Both the position numbers and the translations under genes were made by a program. The notes beneath the pieces are model-generated. The model was given only the letters and a program-made list of their open reading frames with translations, ran no database searches and was not told the origin of the DNA. Positions 59,439 through 64,000 of a stretch of DNA of 64,000 nucleotides are shown piece after piece. Position 1 is the first letter of the stretch. Each line of letters begins with the position of its first letter. Origin of the DNA: an uncultured archaeon (GTDB taxonomy: Archaea; Asgardarchaeota; Lokiarchaeia; Sigyniarchaeales; SOKP01); the NCBI GenBank assembly GCA_964508365.1, contig CAZDTP010000007.1:1-64000 (forward strand), read 5' to 3'.

Positions 59439-61178
59439 TTATTCATTCATCTCATATGCGTCCTTTAATGAGTGAACGGTATTCCACACTTTACCAAACC
59501 GCTCAGGATCCACATTAGGTTTTTTAATCATCTTCAAACACCATTCCATCTGCTCAGGAGTAGTACCCGATTTATGATATAGATTCAATGCGTATTTGGA
59601 AAAATCTCTCACTAGAAAATCAAATATTTGATCTAAGGTATCTTCATCAATATCATATATCGTAGCGTTTTCAATGATTAAATGGGCATATACAATAAGA
59701 GAAAAGATTTCGCCAATCCCTGAAAGCATGAAGTCCATATCTTTTTGTTGCTCGACACTAGGAGTAGCTTTAACTCCCATGATGTTAAACATCTTAATTT
59801 GGTCCAAAAATATGTTGACATTGGGTAAATTATATTGCTCAAACGCTGGTTTCCAATCATGAAAACGAACCTTTCCCAATCCACGAGTTGGTCCTTGATT
59901 AAAAAGGAATATATCGTCTTTAGCTTGATCTTGTCGAGGAACTTCTTCATATTTCTTATGATTCATAAAGAAATTTATCATAAATTTCAAGATCAAGGCG
60001 ATATTTACATGAACGGTGCCTTCGAGTTTCGGTAAAGCACGAATATCCTTTGCTGCCATTTCAAAATACATATCTTTTTCGAAACCTTTTGCCGCGATCA
60101 CATCCCATAGAAGATTGATAACTTCCTCTCCTTGAGTAGTCGTTTTCATTTTCATAACGGGAGCATAAAGAAGATATCGACGGTCCTTATCAGATGCTAT
60201 TCTCATATAGTCAGCCGTTCTTAGGCCAAATAATTTCATAGCGATTAATCGAGTGTAAGCATCAACAAAGTTTTGTTTAACGTGCTGAAAATCAGTCACA
60301 TACATATTATAGAGCCTTCGATAAGATGCGTGATGAATTGCTTCATAAAATGCATGGGTGCAAATTCCTATTGAAGCCCATCCTAGGTTATATTTCCCCA
60401 CATTTACCGTATTTAGGGACGAATTCCATGCCTCCTCTCCTTTAGAAAGGATATCTTCTTCGGTTATGGGATAATCGTGAAGTGCAAAATTTGAAACGTA
60501 ATTTTGGCTGTTGCATACATTTTTTATTAATTCATAGTTTTTGTGTTTATAATTGGCTACAAAGAAAACATATTGTGCCTTATTTTTCATGTCATAGGGA
60601 GGGATATTACCGTCTTTATCAGCAAGTTTACCGAAGTTTGAGACCATTTCTGCTTCGTTACCATTGCCAATATAATACTTTTCTCCATTAGCTCTATATG
60701 AACCGTCTTCTTGAGGTGTTAATGCCATTTCAGTGCCGTAAATATCTGCTCCATGTGCTTGCTCAGATAGTCCGAAAGCAAATATAGCTCCCTCCTTAAG
60801 TAATTTCGCTGCTTTCTCCTTTGCTTTTTCATTTTTACTCATCCAGATTGGTCCGAGTCCTAGAATTGTAACCTGCCAAGTATACCAATAACTTAGACCA
60901 TAAAATGCCAGAATTTCATTAAACTCACATACTCTCCATGTATCCCATCGAAAATTCTCATTTTCTCCGTATTGAGAAGGGGTTAATAGATGGGCAAAAA
61001 TTTTATTTCTTTTTTGAAATTCAAGGAAATCAGAATACCATACTCGCTCGTGATCGTCCTCTTTAATTTTCGCTTTCCCTTTGTTTTCAAAAAACTCTAT
61101 GGTTTTAAGCATAATGTCTTTTGACTTCTCGTCCGGATAATACCTTTTATGTTGCTTTGGATTTAATAAAATTGTCAT
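59439..61178 (-). CDS. Acyl-CoA dehydrogenase
   Basis: AFGLSEQAHGAD, GEKYYIGN, LNTVNVGK, DIRALPKLEGTVHVN. Confidence 0.9.
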   Translation of the reverse strand: MTILLNPKQHKRYYPDEKSKDIMLKTIEFFENKGKAKIKEDDHERVWYSDFLEFQKRNKIFAHLLTPSQYGENENFRWDTWRVCEFNEILAFYGLSYWYTWQVTILGLGPIWMSKNEKAKEKAAKLLKEGAIFAFGLSEQAHGADIYGTEMALTPQEDGSYRANGEKYYIGNGNEAEMVSNFGKLADKDGNIPPYDMKNKAQYVFFVANYKHKNYELIKNVCNSQNYVSNFALHDYPITEEDILSKGEEAWNSSLNTVNVGKYNLGWASIGICTHAFYEAIHHASYRRLYNMYVTDFQHVKQNFVDAYTRLIAMKLFGLRTADYMRIASDKDRRYLLYAPVMKMKTTTQGEEVINLLWDVIAAKGFEKDMYFEMAAKDIRALPKLEGTVHVNIALILKFMINFFMNHKKYEEVPRQDQAKDDIFLFNQGPTRGLGKVRFHDWKPAFEQYNLPNVNIFLDQIKMFNIMGVKATPSVEQQKDMDFMLSGIGEIFSLIVYAHLIIENATIYDIDEDTLDQIFDFLVRDFSKYALNLYHKSGTTPEQMEWCLKMIKKPNVDPERFGKVWNTVHSLKDAYEMNE

Positions 61179-61397
61179 AATAATCTTTTCACCTTATGTT
61201 ATAGTTAACGATTTAATTATAATTTAGAATCACTATTTCAAAATTACCTTTTTTATTTACTTATTTAATTAAATAGTTAGAATTAAAAAGAAGTTATAAT
61301 ATAAAAGGAAAAAATGTCATAAATACTAATAAAAACTTAATTAAAATCCAAGTAAAAAGGCTTAATTAAAACAAAAAAAAAGATTTTACTTGATTTT

Positions 61398-62285
61398 CTA
61401 GCTATTTACTTTATCAGCGTTTTTTGCAATTGCATCTACAATTTGAGGCCAAATTTCAGGCGGTAAGCTATGTCCCATGCCCTCAATGATTAGTAATTCC
61501 GCTCCAGGTATAGTTGCAGCTGTTTCTTTACCACCTTCAACTGGAACTAAAGGATCGTCACCTCCATGAATTACAAGTGTAGGAACTTTTATTGAGCCAA
61601 GTTTTGGAACACGGTTTTCAGCAGCTAATATTGCAAACAATTGTCGCGTTATTCCTTGGGGATAAAAAGAACGGTCATATAAAATAGCTGCAAATTCACG
61701 TTCTTTATCTTCGTTATAGGGAAAGCCAGATCCATAAAGATAACGCCGACGATTCACTGATTCCTCAATATAAGCTTCACGATCTGTAGGCGCAGGTTTT
61801 AATAGTAATTGCATAGCTTCTGGCTTAGCTTGAGGGAGATTAGGATTTCCGGTTGTGCTCATTATTGAAGTTAGACTCAGAACGCGGGTTGGATGGCGTA
61901 ATGCGATTATCTGAACAATCATTCCTCCCATCGAAGCGCCACAAATATGAGCTTTTTCTATGTTAAGGGCATCTAGAAGACCAACTGCATCATCAGCCAT
62001 ATCTTCTACAGTATAGGGTGGCGATATCGTCTTTCCTTGCTGGCGTGCCATAAATTCCTTCATAATATTTGGTACCCCAGCTTCTTCAAATTTAGTAGAT
62101 AAACCGATATCGCGATTATCGAATCGGATAACATAAAATCCATTATCTACAAACATCATACAAAGCTCCTCAAGCCAGGTAATCATCTGAGCTCCTAACC
62201 CCATCACCAAAAGTAAAGGTTTTGACGAGGGATCTCCAAAGGTGTCATACTCTATCTCAATATTGTTAGCTTTCGCTTTAGGCAT
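61398..62285 (-). CDS. Alpha/beta hydrolase
   Basis: FDNRDIGLS, GASMGG, HGGDDPLVP, GMGH. Confidence 0.92.
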   Translation of the reverse strand: MPKAKANNIEIEYDTFGDPSSKPLLLVMGLGAQMITWLEELCMMFVDNGFYVIRFDNRDIGLSTKFEEAGVPNIMKEFMARQQGKTISPPYTVEDMADDAVGLLDALNIEKAHICGASMGGMIVQIIALRHPTRVLSLTSIMSTTGNPNLPQAKPEAMQLLLKPAPTDREAYIEESVNRRRYLYGSGFPYNEDKEREFAAILYDRSFYPQGITRQLFAILAAENRVPKLGSIKVPTLVIHGGDDPLVPVEGGKETAATIPGAELLIIEGMGHSLPPEIWPQIVDAIAKNADKVNS

Positions 62286-62464
62286 TAATATTACCTTAAT
62301 TGTTTTTATTTTTGTTTCTATTGAATTATTCTTAATAGATCATTATTGCTTTTTTCTTATTTAAAAATATTTTTCTAATTTACATATCTCAAATTTATAA
62401 AAAAACAACTTAATTGGGTAATCAACGGAATTGATATAATCGGCTGTGGACTCTCTCAAAATAT

Positions 62465-62515
62465 TAAGAAAAAATTAAAAGAAAAAGAGAAAGAAAAAAT
62501 AAATAAAAAAAATAT
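62465..62515 (-). terminator. U-rich tract after the thermosome gene (archaeal-type terminator)
   Basis: Long oligo-T runs on the minus strand immediately after the stop codon. Confidence 0.4.
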
Positions 62516-62521
62516 ACTAAG

Positions 62522-64000
62522 TTAATAATCCATTCCGCCCATGCCCGGCATGCCACCCATGCCGCCCATGCCACCCATCCCCGGCATGCCTCCCATACCG
62601 CCCGGAGGCATTCCACCAGGAGGGCCAGCTGATTTCGCACCTGCGATAACATCGTCGATGCGTAAAATCAATGAGGCTGCTTCGGTAGAGCTTTTAATCG
62701 CTTGAATTTTCACCACAGTTGGTTCAACTACGCCAACTGACATCATGTTGAGGATAACGTCTCCAGTTTCTAAGTCGGTTCCGGCAAACTTGTTTCCTGT
62801 TTGATGTGCGGCTCTTAATTTCATTAACACGTCAATCTGGTCTAATCCGGCGTTTTCTGCGAGTGTTTTAGGGATGATATCAAGGGCATCGGCAAAAACT
62901 TCGACTGCGAGTTGTTCGCGACCTCCTAGAGTTTGTGCGTATTTTCTTAATTGGATAGCAGTTTCGATTTCTGGAGCTCCTCCGCCGCCGACAATTTTCT
63001 CGTCTTCGACGACATTTCTGACTACGCATAAAGCGTCGTGAATAGCTCTATCGACTTCATCTATGACAAGTTCAGTTCCGCCTCGAATTAAAATTACGAC
63101 TGATTTAGGATCTTTGCATTCTTCGATGAAAATCCAGCTATCGTTCATAATTTTGCGTTCTTCGACTAATCCAGCGAATCCTAGCTTATCTTGAACAATA
63201 TCGTCGAGATTGGTGAAGATCATTCCCCCAGTAGCTTTAGAAAGCTTTTCTATATCAGATTTTTTGACTCGTCGAATAGCCATTACTCCGGCTTTTGTTA
63301 AGAAGTGTTGAGCCATATCGTCGATTCCCTTCTGGCAAACTACTACATTTGCTCCAGATTTCACGATCTTGTCGGCCATGTTTCTAAGCATGCGTTCTTC
63401 TTCGTCTAAGAATTGTTGAATTTGATCTGGGCTCGTAATTTGGAGTTTAGCATCAAATTCAGTTTTTTCAATTTCTATAGCGCTCTGTAATAAGAGTACC
63501 TTAGCATCTTTAACGATCTTAGGCATTCCGGGGCTGACAACTTCTTTATCCAAGATAATTCCTTTAATGAGGGTAGTTTCGTCAATTGATTCTCCCTCCT
63601 TTTTTTGGATTTGAACTTTTTCGATATCAGCGACCCATTTACCGTTTTCGCCTTTTTCGGCTATTGCCTTTATTGCATCGATACAAATTTCGGCTAGCAT
63701 ATCTCTTGATTCAGAAACGAGTTTTGAGGACATACAAGTCATTGCAGCATTTTTTAATCCTGCTCTATCGTCAATTCCGCTTTTTATTGACATTTTTTCT
63801 AGGATTTCAACCGCTTTCTCAGCCGCTTTTCTGAATCCCTCAGTAATAACTGTTGGGTGAATTTTTTGTTGTAGTAGCTTTTCTGCGCGCTTTAATAGTT
63901 CACCAGCAAGGATTACAGAAGTAGTTGTGCCATCACCCACTTCGGAATCTTGAGTTTTAGCAACTTCGACCATCATTTTAGCTGCAGGATGTTGAACATC
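62522..64000 (-). CDS. ths: Thermosome (group II chaperonin) subunit, 5' end off the window
   Basis: QHPAAKMMVEVAKTQDSEVGDGTTT, GGGAPE, SSTEAASLILRIDD, GGM tail; open to the window end. Confidence 0.97.
   Translation of the reverse strand, partial: DVQHPAAKMMVEVAKTQDSEVGDGTTTSVILAGELLKRAEKLLQQKIHPTVITEGFRKAAEKAVEILEKMSIKSGIDDRAGLKNAAMTCMSSKLVSESRDMLAEICIDAIKAIAEKGENGKWVADIEKVQIQKKEGESIDETTLIKGIILDKEVVSPGMPKIVKDAKVLLLQSAIEIEKTEFDAKLQITSPDQIQQFLDEEERMLRNMADKIVKSGANVVVCQKGIDDMAQHFLTKAGVMAIRRVKKSDIEKLSKATGGMIFTNLDDIVQDKLGFAGLVEERKIMNDSWIFIEECKDPKSVVILIRGGTELVIDEVDRAIHDALCVVRNVVEDEKIVGGGGAPEIETAIQLRKYAQTLGGREQLAVEVFADALDIIPKTLAENAGLDQIDVLMKLRAAHQTGNKFAGTDLETGDVILNMMSVGVVEPTVVKIQAIKSSTEAASLILRIDDVIAGAKSAGPPGGMPPGGMGGMPGMGGMGGMGGMPGMGGMDY
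62528..62625 (-). repeat. GGM/PGM low-complexity coding repeat (chaperonin tail)
   Basis: Repeated ggcatg units encoding GGMPGMGGMGGMGGMPGMGGM. Confidence 0.85.

Noticed and set aside
62464-62652. GC-rich repeats and a 62-aa alternative ORF
   Set aside because: Fully explained by the GGM tail of the thermosome.
211-63834. The remaining short ORFs in the track that overlap longer genes (e.g. 211-408, 1649-1885, 19561-19779, 20766-21062, 35359-35589, 45591-46244, 59674-60691, 63586-63834)
   Set aside because: Antisense or alternative-frame shadows of motif-supported genes, with no independent evidence.

Overview
AT-rich, gene-dense chromosomal segment from an Asgard archaeon, very probably Lokiarchaeia (Promethearchaeia). 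The assignment rests on a Loki-type profilin, four Rab-like small GTPases without prenylation tails, several longin/uDENN-like proteins, archaeal TBP, thermosome, CDC48, PSTK, deoxyhypusine synthase, a Tes/GDGT-MAS-like radical SAM enzyme and a non-respiratory-type reductive dehalogenase. About 55 CDS are supportable, and two are truncated by the window ends (radical SAM at 1-760, thermosome at 62522-64000). I found no rRNA, tRNA, CRISPR array, integrase or transposase. The most unusual items are: (i) a 493-aa protein built almost wholly of about 12.5 exact 35-aa repeats with a nebulin-like (alternatively PPR-like) register; (ii) a GC-rich structured intergenic element at 12096-12249 with two interleaved inverted repeats, two hairpins and an SD-led 25-aa sORF; (iii) a 224-aa Met/Pro-rich insertion inside an ABC-exporter NBD; (iv) recurring V4R + Rab-like GTPase modules, one with a thioredoxin/KaiB-like gene; (v) a uDENN-like/coiled-coil/wHTH protein and a polytopic membrane-longin fusion. 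All family assignments come from motif recognition by eye; no searches were run.
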